From Alphaproteobacteria bacterium (GTDB taxonomy: Bacteria > Pseudomonadota > Alphaproteobacteria > RF32 > CAG-239): 54,308 bases of DNA. Shown here piece by piece: positions 26,153 through 34,883 of the stretch. The translations under genes were made by a program, and so were the position numbers. The notes beneath the pieces are model-generated. The model searched no databases and was not told the origin of the DNA. It saw only the letters and a program-made list of their open reading frames with translations. Location: positions 1-54,308 of the forward strand of contig JAFUXW010000002.1 of the NCBI GenBank assembly GCA_017477035.1, in the 5' to 3' direction. Within the stretch, counting starts at the first letter, position 1. Each line of letters opens with the position of its first letter.

Positions 26153-26632
26153 ATGAAACCTATGATTGATGATGAAACTTGCATCCAACGCCTTGTAGTA
26201 AACGAAGGGCTAAAATTAAAGCCTTATTATTGTCCGGCAGGGTATTTGACAATCGGCATTGGTCGCAATCTTGATGGCAATCCGTTAAGCGAGGAAGAAA
26301 AAGCATTCATCGGGCATCCGGTAAAAGAGGGAATCACTAACGATCAGGCTTTTTATTTATGTCGTAATGACCTTAAAAAAGTTCGAGCTGATTTAGACAG
26401 AGAATTGCCGTGGTGGCGTGATTTGAACGCTGACAGGCAATTTGTAATGATTGATTTGTGCTTTAATATGGGAATTAGGAAATTATTGCAGTTCCAAAAG
26501 ACGCTAAACTCGATTGCAACCGGCTATTATGTGAAAGCAGGCGAACAGCTTATGCAATCGCTTTATGCCAAGCAGGTCGGCAAGCGTGCGGAACGAAACG
26601 CAAAGTGTTTACAAACGGGGGTGTATAAATGA
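26153..26632 (+). CDS. endolysin, GH24 (T4-type) lysozyme
   Basis: NEGLKLKPYYCPAGYLTIGIGRNL is the GH24 catalytic-region signature; alternative start at 26117. Confidence 0.85.
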   Translation: MKPMIDDETCIQRLVVNEGLKLKPYYCPAGYLTIGIGRNLDGNPLSEEEKAFIGHPVKEGITNDQAFYLCRNDLKKVRADLDRELPWWRDLNADRQFVMIDLCFNMGIRKLLQFQKTLNSIATGYYVKAGEQLMQSLYAKQVGKRAERNAKCLQTGVYK

Positions 26633-27210
26633 TTGGTTGGATTTCAGGTTTATTAAGAAGAATACTCGGCGGGCTTTGGAGTGATGTTCCGATTATTAAA
26701 GAGCGTGGCATACAATGGATTTTATGTGCTTTGCTTTACGCTCCTTTTATTTATTATTTGCCTTATCACACTTACCTTGCGGGTATTATGCCTAAGTGGC
26801 TTTTTACTATATTAGCGACTGTTTCTTTAATTTACGCTGAAACAAAAGGACATTTTCCGGGGTTTGGCGGTGGAACTATCTCACTTGATTATATAAAAGA
26901 AGAATTGGCAAAAGGCAGAAAAATACCATATAAGAGAATCATTGATTGGTGGGGTAAAGTTAGAGGTTTTGAAGAATACGGTAAAGAATGGTGCTTTTGG
27001 CAGTTAATTCTCTGTAAAACTGTATGCTTAATTCCTGCATCATTATTATTAGGAAATCAATATATGTTTATAGGACTAGCAGTAGCATATGTATATAACG
27101 CTTGCTATTGGGTTGAGTTAAAGCCTTTTAAGAAACTTATAGTAACACCGACAAACTGGGGAGAGTTCTTTCAAGGTTGTCTGTATTTTAGAGGTTTATT
27201 TGGGGGTTAA
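26629..27210 (+). CDS. polytopic membrane protein (unknown function)
   Basis: 193 aa with 4-5 hydrophobic segments, ATGA-coupled to the lysozyme gene. Confidence 0.5.
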   Translation: MIGWISGLLRRILGGLWSDVPIIKERGIQWILCALLYAPFIYYLPYHTYLAGIMPKWLFTILATVSLIYAETKGHFPGFGGGTISLDYIKEELAKGRKIPYKRIIDWWGKVRGFEEYGKEWCFWQLILCKTVCLIPASLLLGNQYMFIGLAVAYVYNACYWVELKPFKKLIVTPTNWGEFFQGCLYFRGLFGG

Positions 27211-27214
27211 TATA

Positions 27215-27448
27215 ATGTTTATAATGAATGATGATACAGGTGAACAAAAAGTACGTCAGGGCGATTCGTATGAATTTACTGTTACGGGAATAGGTGCAGA
27301 CTGGGATGTTTTTTACTCTGTTTATAATATTCAAACACAGGAAATCATATTTGAAGTGCAAAGCACAAAAATTGATGGTGGTGATAAAATATTCGTATCT
27401 GCATCCGAAAGCGATAAACTAACCGTTCCGCAAGGAAAAAATCCATGA
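27215..27448 (+). CDS. small tail-associated protein, possibly extended by -1 frameshift
   Basis: Start at ATG 27215; ends 6 nt after A AAA AAT (27436-27442). Confidence 0.45.
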   Translation: MFIMNDDTGEQKVRQGDSYEFTVTGIGADWDVFYSVYNIQTQEIIFEVQSTKIDGGDKIFVSASESDKLTVPQGKNP

Positions 27449-27573
27449 TATACGGTTGGGGTATTAAACGCAAAAAGAATGGTTTTGAAGATACAACTAT
27501 TGTTAAAGATAGAAAAGAAGATGATGTTATCAAAATTATTGTGTTACCAAAGATTACGGAAGGTGGTGTATAA
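27445..27573 (+). CDS. 43-codon ORF in the -1 frame, probable C-terminal continuation of 27215-27448
   Basis: Open frame MIYGWGIKRKKNGFEDTTIV...IKIIVLPKITEGGV; its stop overlaps the ATG of the fibre gene (TAATG). Confidence 0.35.
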   Translation: MIYGWGIKRKKNGFEDTTIVKDRKEDDVIKIIVLPKITEGGV

Positions 27574-29546
27574 TGGTTCAAGTTCGTTTTATAAATGACA
27601 CAACCCCGATAGAAGTTACAAGTGAAACGCAAGAAACTCGAATTGCTGTAAAATCATCAACGGGTACTGATAATCATGATGAATTATCCAATCGAGACCT
27701 TCCAGACCAACACCCGATTAGTGCAATAACCGGATTACAGGAAGCTCTTGACGAGATTCCGGCAGATTATGTTAGCGATGCTGAACTTGAATCGGCATTA
27801 TTGGAAAAGCAAGATGTAATTTCAGATTTAGCCACAATTCGTTCAGGTGCGGCACTTGGTGCAACATCGTTACAACCGAATGATAATATTTCAGAATTAA
27901 ATAATAACGTTGGGTACATTACAAGTATTACAAGTTCAGATGTTACGACTGCTTTAGGATATACTCCATATAATTCAAGCAATCCGAGCAATTATCAGAC
28001 AGCAACTCAAGTGGCAAACTCTATTGCAACTGAAACGACTAATCGTGAAAGTGCTGATAATAATTTGCAATCACAAATTGACGCTATTGTTTCATCTTCT
28101 GATGTATTTGATATTGTGGGAACTTATGCAGAGTTACAAGCTTATGATATTACAACAGTACCGGTTAATGACATTATAAAGGTTTTGGTTGATAGCACAC
28201 ACAGTGGTGCGGCAACCTATTACAGATGTGTTGAAACAGGGGGAGTTAAGAATTGGTCCTATATTGGTTCAGAGGGTGCATATTACACTAAAGCCGAGGC
28301 AGATGCGGCTTTTGTTCCACAAACACGCACAGTTAATAATAAGGCTTTAAGCTCAAATATTACACTAACGGCAAGGGATGTTGGAGCAGATGCTAGCGGT
28401 TCAGCAAGTACAGCGGAAACTAATGCCAAGAACTATGCTGATGGCTTAGCGGCAAATTATGCCACGGCGGCACAAGGTGCTTTAGCCGATACGGCAGTTC
28501 AACCGGCTGATTTAACAAACTATGTTACTACAAACACTGCTCAAGATATAACTGCAAGAAAAACATTTTTCGGTGAAAAAGCTATTTATTTTAAGCAGAA
28601 TACTGCAAGTGATAAGTTAGGATTTACTCTTTATAATAACAATAATCATGAAGTTGGTGCGTTGGAATTTAGACCTAACACTATTGGTAGTACGCCGATT
28701 TTAACGCTTAACTCACAAGCCCCTAGTTATGAGAGTTATGTCGGATTTAGGTATTGGAGTCGTTCCTTAAATATCTTAGCTCCTTTTTCTAGCAATTATG
28801 CTAAAAAAAATTTTTTCATTCCGGTTACATTTACAAACGGAACAACAACAGTTGAATCAACATCAACCAACGGAAGTGTTGATATAAGCTCATTACTCCC
28901 TACTGTTAATAACGCAACATTAACTATAACGCAGGGTGGTGTTAGCAAAGGCACGTTTACAGCTAATGCTTCAAGCGATGTAACAATTGATTTAGATGCC
29001 GGTGGTGGTTCTTCATATACAGCCGGAACTGGCATTAATATAACAAATAATGTTATCAGTGTAGCAAGTCCGACTTTGACGAATACTGCAGATTCAATAA
29101 ATAGTCTTGTTATTTTAGGCAACGAAACAGGTGGTTTATTTAAATACGGAATAACTTGTATAGGATATGATTCTTATGTTGCAACATCAGGTACGGCAGT
29201 GGGATATTCGTGTTATGCTGGAAATAATGGTGTAGCATTAGGTGCGCAATCTTCGTGCCAATCATCAACATATTCTATTGCTATCGGTTTTCAAGCAATA
29301 GTTTCTGGTTCAATTCAGTATGCAATTCAACTTGGTCAAGGTACAAACTCAGAAGCGAATAGTTTTTATGTATCAACATCAGCTTCGGATAACTGGAAAA
29401 TGTTAGGTTCTGATGGTAAAATACCAAGCGGACGTTTACCAATAGCTACATCTGTATCATCAAGTTCAACAAACTCTGAAACAGTCGGGGCTAAGCTGTT
29501 CTATGATACTTGTGGTGATATTGAAACTTTAATTAACGCATTATAG
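27573..29546 (+). CDS. tail fibre protein
   Basis: 657 aa. NHDELSNRDLPDQHPISAITGLQEAL motif, Ser/Thr/Asn-rich repeats. Confidence 0.7.
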   Translation: MVQVRFINDTTPIEVTSETQETRIAVKSSTGTDNHDELSNRDLPDQHPISAITGLQEALDEIPADYVSDAELESALLEKQDVISDLATIRSGAALGATSLQPNDNISELNNNVGYITSITSSDVTTALGYTPYNSSNPSNYQTATQVANSIATETTNRESADNNLQSQIDAIVSSSDVFDIVGTYAELQAYDITTVPVNDIIKVLVDSTHSGAATYYRCVETGGVKNWSYIGSEGAYYTKAEADAAFVPQTRTVNNKALSSNITLTARDVGADASGSASTAETNAKNYADGLAANYATAAQGALADTAVQPADLTNYVTTNTAQDITARKTFFGEKAIYFKQNTASDKLGFTLYNNNNHEVGALEFRPNTIGSTPILTLNSQAPSYESYVGFRYWSRSLNILAPFSSNYAKKNFFIPVTFTNGTTTVESTSTNGSVDISSLLPTVNNATLTITQGGVSKGTFTANASSDVTIDLDAGGGSSYTAGTGINITNNVISVASPTLTNTADSINSLVILGNETGGLFKYGITCIGYDSYVATSGTAVGYSCYAGNNGVALGAQSSCQSSTYSIAIGFQAIVSGSIQYAIQLGQGTNSEANSFYVSTSASDNWKMLGSDGKIPSGRLPIATSVSSSSTNSETVGAKLFYDTCGDIETLINAL

Positions 29547-29692
29547 GAGGGAACATGAGTATAGCGGCCTGTTTTACATTTCCGTCTTTATGTGATAATA
29601 TATCTATGCGACTAGGGAATCTAGACCCGAAAAGTTTGCAACTCACAAGCCTGTCGCAATTTTTTAATGAGTGTTTTTATAGGAGTATAAAA

Positions 29693-30340
29693 ATGACAGA
29701 AGAAATTTGGCGAGATGTAGAAGATTGGATTGGGCTTTATCAGGTTAGTAATCTTGGTAGAGTTAGAAGTCTTGATGGTGTTCAATTCCACGAAGAGGGT
29801 GGACTTATGAGAAAGAAAGGACAACTTATCAAGGGATATAAACAGAAAACAGGTTACTCAACGTGTATATTTAATAGACTTGGAAGAAAAAAAACAGTAC
29901 TTATACATAGGCTTGTTGCAAAAGCTTTTCCAGAAATATGCGGCGAATGGTTTGATGGATGTGTTGTTGACCATATTGACACTATTCGTGATAATAACAA
30001 TGCGGAAAATCTCCGTGTTTGTACTCATCACGAAAATAATATGAATCCAATAACAAGAAAAAAATACAGTGAAATGCAGAAAGGCAAAAAGAAAAACTAC
30101 CCAGCGTGGAATAAAGGTAAAAAACTACCACTATTTTCTGGAGAAAATAGTGGAAGGTCTAGGCCAGTATTACAATATACAAAAAATGGCGAATTTATTA
30201 AAAGATGGGAAAACACATCAATTGCGGCAGATACGAACGGATGGGCAAGAACATCTATAACTAATTGTTTAAGTGGATATTTAAGGTATGCTCACGGATA
30301 TATATTTAAGTATGAAAGTGAGGTGTCAAATGTCAATTAG
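29693..30340 (+). CDS. HNH homing endonuclease (NUMOD4 plus HNH)
   Basis: Start moved to ATG 29693 (AGGAG). EEIWRDVEDWIGLYQVSNLGRVRSL is NUMOD4-like. HRLVAKAF...VDHIDTIRDNNNAENLRVCTHHENN is HNH. Confidence 0.85.
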   Translation: MTEEIWRDVEDWIGLYQVSNLGRVRSLDGVQFHEEGGLMRKKGQLIKGYKQKTGYSTCIFNRLGRKKTVLIHRLVAKAFPEICGEWFDGCVVDHIDTIRDNNNAENLRVCTHHENNMNPITRKKYSEMQKGKKKNYPAWNKGKKLPLFSGENSGRSRPVLQYTKNGEFIKRWENTSIAADTNGWARTSITNCLSGYLRYAHGYIFKYESEVSNVN

Positions 30341-31142
30341 TAGTGCTTTGGTTGCGGCTCAGGGCAGAGTTGCCAATGCTTATACGGCTATTTCAGCTAA
30401 AGGCGGAACTCTACCGCAAACGCAGAATTTAGCCAATATGCCAGCGGCGATTAATTCCATTCCGAGCGGCGGCGGAGGAAATATTCCAAACTATCAAATT
30501 GTCAATGGCGTGCTATCTAGGAAAACAAGCACATATAATCTTACGGGGAGTGAATTTAGCAGTGTAACAAGCATAAATGATTATGGACTATACTTTGCTT
30601 TTTATAACTGTACAGGGATAACAGGAAGTGTAAATCTATCATCTGTTACAAGCATAGGAATGTATGGACTATACTCTGCTTTTTATAACTGCGCAGGACT
30701 AGTAGGAAGTGTAGATTTATCATCTGTTACAAGCATAGGAAATTCTGGAATGCAAAATGCTTTTTCTGAATGCACAGGACTAACAAATGTGAATTTATCA
30801 TCTGTTACAAGCATAGGAAAGTCTGGAATGCAAAATGCTTTTTATTACTGCACAGGGCTAACAGGAAGTGTAGATTTATCATCTGTTACAAGCATAGGAA
30901 ATTCTGGAATGCAAAATGCTTTTAGAAATACAGGGATAACAGATTTATATTTTAACTCTTTAACATCATCAAGTTTCGGATCATATACAAACCAATTTAG
31001 TTACATGCTGAATAATGTAACAGGGTGCACGGTACATTTTCCGAGCAATCTGCAATCAGTTATCGGATCATGGGCTGACGTAACTAACGGTTTCGGCGGT
31101 AGGAATACCACAGTTTTATTTGACTTAGAATCAACAGAATAG
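30330..31142 (+). CDS. BspA-type leucine-rich-repeat tail / receptor-binding protein
   Basis: Five 26-27-aa repeats SSVTSIGNSGMQNAF..CTGLTGSVDL; N-terminal AISAKGGTLPQTQNLANMPAAINSI fibre-anchor-like. Confidence 0.7.
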   Translation: MSISSALVAAQGRVANAYTAISAKGGTLPQTQNLANMPAAINSIPSGGGGNIPNYQIVNGVLSRKTSTYNLTGSEFSSVTSINDYGLYFAFYNCTGITGSVNLSSVTSIGMYGLYSAFYNCAGLVGSVDLSSVTSIGNSGMQNAFSECTGLTNVNLSSVTSIGKSGMQNAFYYCTGLTGSVDLSSVTSIGNSGMQNAFRNTGITDLYFNSLTSSSFGSYTNQFSYMLNNVTGCTVHFPSNLQSVIGSWADVTNGFGGRNTTVLFDLESTE

Positions 31143-31151
31143 GAGATAAAA

Positions 31152-31376
31152 ATGGAAATTAGAATAACTTATATTTGTAATGGCGCAATTTATTGCGGAT
31201 TTAAGCCTGACGGTGTTGAAGTTCTTGAAGAACGTGAGGTTTTATATCCTGCGGAAGGATATGAGTTAGAACGTATTTCAGACAAAGAACGTCTGTTGAG
31301 CGTTTGGCTTAAAGACGGCGATGTGAAAGAAAATTATATTGAGGTGAAAATAGATGAACCGGATTCTATTGATTAG
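31152..31376 (+). CDS. hypothetical acidic protein (74 aa)
   Basis: AGGAG SD. Confidence 0.5.
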   Translation: MEIRITYICNGAIYCGFKPDGVEVLEEREVLYPAEGYELERISDKERLLSVWLKDGDVKENYIEVKIDEPDSID

Positions 31377-31647
31377 TATTGCTGTTTTGGCTGTTGCCTT
31401 TGGATTAGCTTGCTTTGTTGCGGTTTATAGAGGTAACACAATAGATAGCTTAAATGAGCGGATAGGGACCTTATCCGCAAATGTTGAAACTTTAATCAAG
31501 GGAAGAGAAAAAGACTATGCTGACAAAGTGGAACTCGCTAAAAGAAATGAAGAACTCGAACAAGATGCGAAAAAAGACACATCTTGTTTTACTTGGACTA
31601 CTGATATTAGTACAAGCCCAGTGGTTATGCGGTTGCGTAAGGACTGA
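31354..31647 (+). CDS. i-spanin (Rz-like)
   Basis: N-terminal TM LLISIAVLAVAFGLACFVAV, coiled coil, hosts an overlapping lipoprotein ORF. Confidence 0.6.
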   Translation: MNRILLISIAVLAVAFGLACFVAVYRGNTIDSLNERIGTLSANVETLIKGREKDYADKVELAKRNEELEQDAKKDTSCFTWTTDISTSPVVMRLRKD

Positions 31648-31768
31648 AATTAAATACGTTGAAATACCAAGAGAGCCGATAGTGTGTCATCAATACATTA
31701 AGACACCTCTTGATATGGCGAAATGTTTAGAGGAGTATAAGAAAAAATGGCAAAACAACAAAGAATAG
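31565..31768 (+). CDS. o-spanin (Rz1-like lipoprotein), overlapped architecture
   Basis: Start at ATG 31565: MRKKTHLVLLGLLILVQAQWLCGC has a signal peptide plus lipobox-like LCGC; +1 frame overlap with the i-spanin. Confidence 0.55.
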   Translation: MRKKTHLVLLGLLILVQAQWLCGCVRTEIKYVEIPREPIVCHQYIKTPLDMAKCLEEYKKKWQNNKE

Positions 31769-32073
31769 ATTTTCCGGATTATTCGGCGAAAGAGCAGGAG
31801 CAAGATGTTGAAAGAGCAGAGAGGCTCGAACAAACAAACGTTTTTATTTCAAGAGCTGAAGGTGTTTGGAATGCCATTGTTCGCAAAAAGCACAACATTG
31901 TTATAAGCGGACAAAAAGGCGAAGAACTTATCGAGTTTGTTTCAAACGTTATAGAAGAGCTGAAAGAATTTGGCATTAAGCCTAAATTCAGGTGCGTACA
32001 AAACCAAGGTATTGATGGGTTCTTGAAACGGAATCAGGAAATTTTACGGAGTATTAACAATGGCAGAGATTGA
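31747..32073 (+). CDS. hypothetical protein (108 aa)
   Basis: Intact ORF in the operon. Confidence 0.5.
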   Translation: MAKQQRIDFPDYSAKEQEQDVERAERLEQTNVFISRAEGVWNAIVRKKHNIVISGQKGEELIEFVSNVIEELKEFGIKPKFRCVQNQGIDGFLKRNQEILRSINNGRD

Positions 32074-32260
32074 ATTAAAAGATAATGAACGGCAAGCGTG
32101 TGAGATTTGGACACGTGTCATGGGCTATCATAGACCTGTGTCAGAGTTTAACCGTGGAAAAAAGAGCGAATTTTATTCACGCAAATGTTTTACGGAAGAA
32201 AAAGCTGTTGCAGGATTGAACTGTCAAGAAATGCTTGACAATGCGCTTGCGGCGGAGTAA
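32060..32260 (+). CDS. stand-alone NrdD-like glycyl-radical domain (66 aa)
   Basis: TRVMGYHRPVSEFNRGKKSEFYSRKCF matches the class III RNR C-terminal signature R-V-x-G-Y...N-x-G-K-x-x-E...R; no catalytic barrel or Zn-ribbon. Confidence 0.6.
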   Translation: MAEIELKDNERQACEIWTRVMGYHRPVSEFNRGKKSEFYSRKCFTEEKAVAGLNCQEMLDNALAAE

Positions 32261-32293
32261 TATTTGCATAGTTATTGTTGACGATGGCGGGGC

Positions 32294-32638
32294 TTAACGG
32301 CTCCGCTTTCTATCATAATCCCGTCCGTTCCAAAAATATTTTCGGCTGTTAATAACGTTTACCTTGTCATCAACAGCTTCCAGTATTTTATAACGCCATT
32401 CATTGTTGAAATTGTTAAAATAAAAATCTAAAGTTTCGTCGGCTAATTTTTTACTTTCGTCCCAACGATACAATGATACACCTACAATATAAATATCAGC
32501 CATTTCTTCAATACTATGCGATTCGTCGGCTTCTTCAAACTCTTTTATTTCTTGCATTAAGTGTGATTTTTGACTTTCGACAGTAGCTTTCGGAAACTTA
32601 TCACAGTGCCAGTCTAATAACTCAATCATATCTCTCAT
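32294..32638 (-). CDS. MazG-like nucleotide pyrophosphohydrolase
   Basis: QEIKEFEEA...IEEMADIYIV fits the MazG EExxE...ExxD pattern. Confidence 0.55.
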   Translation of the reverse strand: MRDMIELLDWHCDKFPKATVESQKSHLMQEIKEFEEADESHSIEEMADIYIVGVSLYRWDESKKLADETLDFYFNNFNNEWRYKILEAVDDKVNVINSRKYFWNGRDYDRKRSR

Positions 32639-34662
32639 ATCAACAACTTCTCCGCTTCTTCAACATACCATTTGTAATCTACATTATCCCATCTAAAATC
32701 ATTAATGTCATTAACAATTGTAACTTTATAACCAGCCGCCAACCCTGTAACACGTTCTTCATATTTGGACTTGTTACCTGTGCATACTCGCTCATCCCAT
32801 TGTCCGCCTGTTTCGGCCATAATTTTATCATATTCAGCTTGTGTAACACCGTTTTTGCGCTTATAGGTGCCGACAACGCCTGCAGCCGGCATAACTTTTG
32901 TAAGGTATGCGCCATCTGTGGATATATAATATCTTGAGTTCTTTTGAACAGGTTTATCACCCCACATAAGTTGTGCACCACCTCTGGCTTTAGCAGCACA
33001 GCAAAAATCATAAGGGTTATAACACGTGCGTATATAGGTCTCAATATCTATACCGTCTATCATATTTGCAACGGCTGCTTGCACGCTGACAACGTTGCTG
33101 AAGTTTTTATGCCATGCAGGTGGTTGAGCGGATGCTATGGATTCAAAGTAATCTAACGGATTCGGTGTCCAATAAGCGCCTTTAAGTTTACGTTTACCAT
33201 CTGTACCGATAGCAATATAATTGTTAACGTCTCTGATATACATTTTAGCGTATCGTGCTTCCTCAAGGTCAAGTCGAGTTATACGCTCCCATTCTTTACA
33301 AATATCAACTGTCTCTTGATAATGGTCTTTATGGATATAATAAGTAATACCATCAGTATTGGCCTGAATGACCGAGAGTGTCGGTACAGCTATAAGACGT
33401 TCAAGCAACATTGACAACATTAACTGCCCGTTGATAGTAATTGTCATAGTGAACTGTGGGTCGTAAAACACACTGAAAATGCTGTTTGATTTACCATACG
33501 CACCGTTAAGAGCGAGTTTAATTGAGTTAGCTTCAGGGCATTTTTTACCTTTTTCTTTTTGCCATTTTTTACGTTCAACTTTAAGGTCACCGTAAATTTT
33601 TGCAAATCTTTCACCAAGATGTTCAGGGTGCAAACCGTTTACAATAGCTATTGACGGATATAGAGAGCTGACATCAACATCAACAATCCACCAATCATCT
33701 GTTGCTTGGATTCGTTTCTTCTCTACAGAGCCGTGAATACCACCAACACCATAATGATACGTTACGCCGTTCACAGTCGTTGTAAGGTCGGTAAACACAC
33801 CTTTGGTTTTAATATTTGTGCTGTCCTCTGCACCGGCATCCGCAATATCATCAGAAGTAAGTGTCTGACTGCACATATAATCATAAATACGCTTAAATTC
33901 CGGTGTATCAAGATGTACGTAAGGGAATATAATATCTTTAAGCGCTATTCGAGTTCGCGGTGTTTGACGCATTTTACGTTTACCTGACGACATATCATAA
34001 CAGACATCATCACCTAAACGTTGTATCATATTTTGTTCGCCGATTTTCGTGTCGTTCCAGTTATAAACGTCAACGCCGAATAAATGCTCTAAACCTTGAC
34101 GGAACTCAATAGCGTGGTGAGCATATTTAGCGAATCGCTTAGTTTCAAGTACATCGTGTTTATTGTAGCTGACAAGGATTTCAACCTGTTCTTTGGTTAA
34201 TACAGTACCGTCTTTTATCGGCATATCTTGAACAAACGGCGCACGCATGTTTATTTGTAACGCTTTCAAGCTCGTGGACTTGGCTTTGTTGTCAAAATGA
34301 TGCATTTTAAAAAGGTCTATCTGCGGTGCAAAACGGTTGTCGGCCCAGATAATGTGACCGAATTTGTCCTGACCTTGGATGATCTCCATGGCCTTGGCGT
34401 AAAGTTGTTGGTAGGTTACGGACGGATTATTCCATAAAAAGTGAATAACAGGATAGTCGAATCCAACATTGTTAAAACCTATCATAGGTGTTTGATTTCT
34501 GGCAAGGTCACGGAAAAACGCTAATAACTGTTGGCGGTCGTCACGGAACTCTGAGATTTCCCATACGGACTTAACATCGGAGTTTAACATTTCCATAGCA
34601 AACGTAAAACAGTTTGGAAACGTTTCTATGTCGTAAACTATAGCGTTGGTAAGATCAAGCAT
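32635..34662 (-). CDS. family B DNA polymerase with 3'-5' exonuclease
   Basis: Start moved to ATG 34662 (GGAG SD). ExoI VYDIETF, motif A DVSSLYPS, motif B KLALNGAYGK, motif C QANTDG. Confidence 0.85.
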   Translation of the reverse strand: MLDLTNAIVYDIETFPNCFTFAMEMLNSDVKSVWEISEFRDDRQQLLAFFRDLARNQTPMIGFNNVGFDYPVIHFLWNNPSVTYQQLYAKAMEIIQGQDKFGHIIWADNRFAPQIDLFKMHHFDNKAKSTSLKALQINMRAPFVQDMPIKDGTVLTKEQVEILVSYNKHDVLETKRFAKYAHHAIEFRQGLEHLFGVDVYNWNDTKIGEQNMIQRLGDDVCYDMSSGKRKMRQTPRTRIALKDIIFPYVHLDTPEFKRIYDYMCSQTLTSDDIADAGAEDSTNIKTKGVFTDLTTTVNGVTYHYGVGGIHGSVEKKRIQATDDWWIVDVDVSSLYPSIAIVNGLHPEHLGERFAKIYGDLKVERKKWQKEKGKKCPEANSIKLALNGAYGKSNSIFSVFYDPQFTMTITINGQLMLSMLLERLIAVPTLSVIQANTDGITYYIHKDHYQETVDICKEWERITRLDLEEARYAKMYIRDVNNYIAIGTDGKRKLKGAYWTPNPLDYFESIASAQPPAWHKNFSNVVSVQAAVANMIDGIDIETYIRTCYNPYDFCCAAKARGGAQLMWGDKPVQKNSRYYISTDGAYLTKVMPAAGVVGTYKRKNGVTQAEYDKIMAETGGQWDERVCTGNKSKYEERVTGLAAGYKVTIVNDINDFRWDNVDYKWYVEEAEKLLI

Positions 34663-34663
34663 T

Positions 34664-34882
34664 TTATATACTCCATCTTCGAGTGTTATCTTTAATTTCT
34701 TCAATAATATCATCAACTCTTTGTTTATCCCACGTATTTTTACGAAGTTCTAAAAGTGATTTTATTAATTTCTCTGCTCTCACTTGAGAAATCCCGTAAT
34801 TGTAAACCAACATATCTAATTGTTTAACTCTATTTGTAATAATTGGTTTATGGTAACACCACCATTCTTTTAATTTAAGCAT
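34664..34882 (-). CDS. hypothetical protein (72 aa)
   Basis: Intact ORF tightly packed in the operon. Confidence 0.5.
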   Translation of the reverse strand: MLKLKEWWCYHKPIITNRVKQLDMLVYNYGISQVRAEKLIKSLLELRKNTWDKQRVDDIIEEIKDNTRRWSI

Positions 34883-34883
34883 T

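Noticed and set aside
27573-31142. Diversity-generating retroelement or shufflon acting on the fibre and LRR genes
   Set aside because: No reverse transcriptase, template/variable repeat pair or invertase was found. The repeats in the LRR gene are ordinary in-frame domain repeats.
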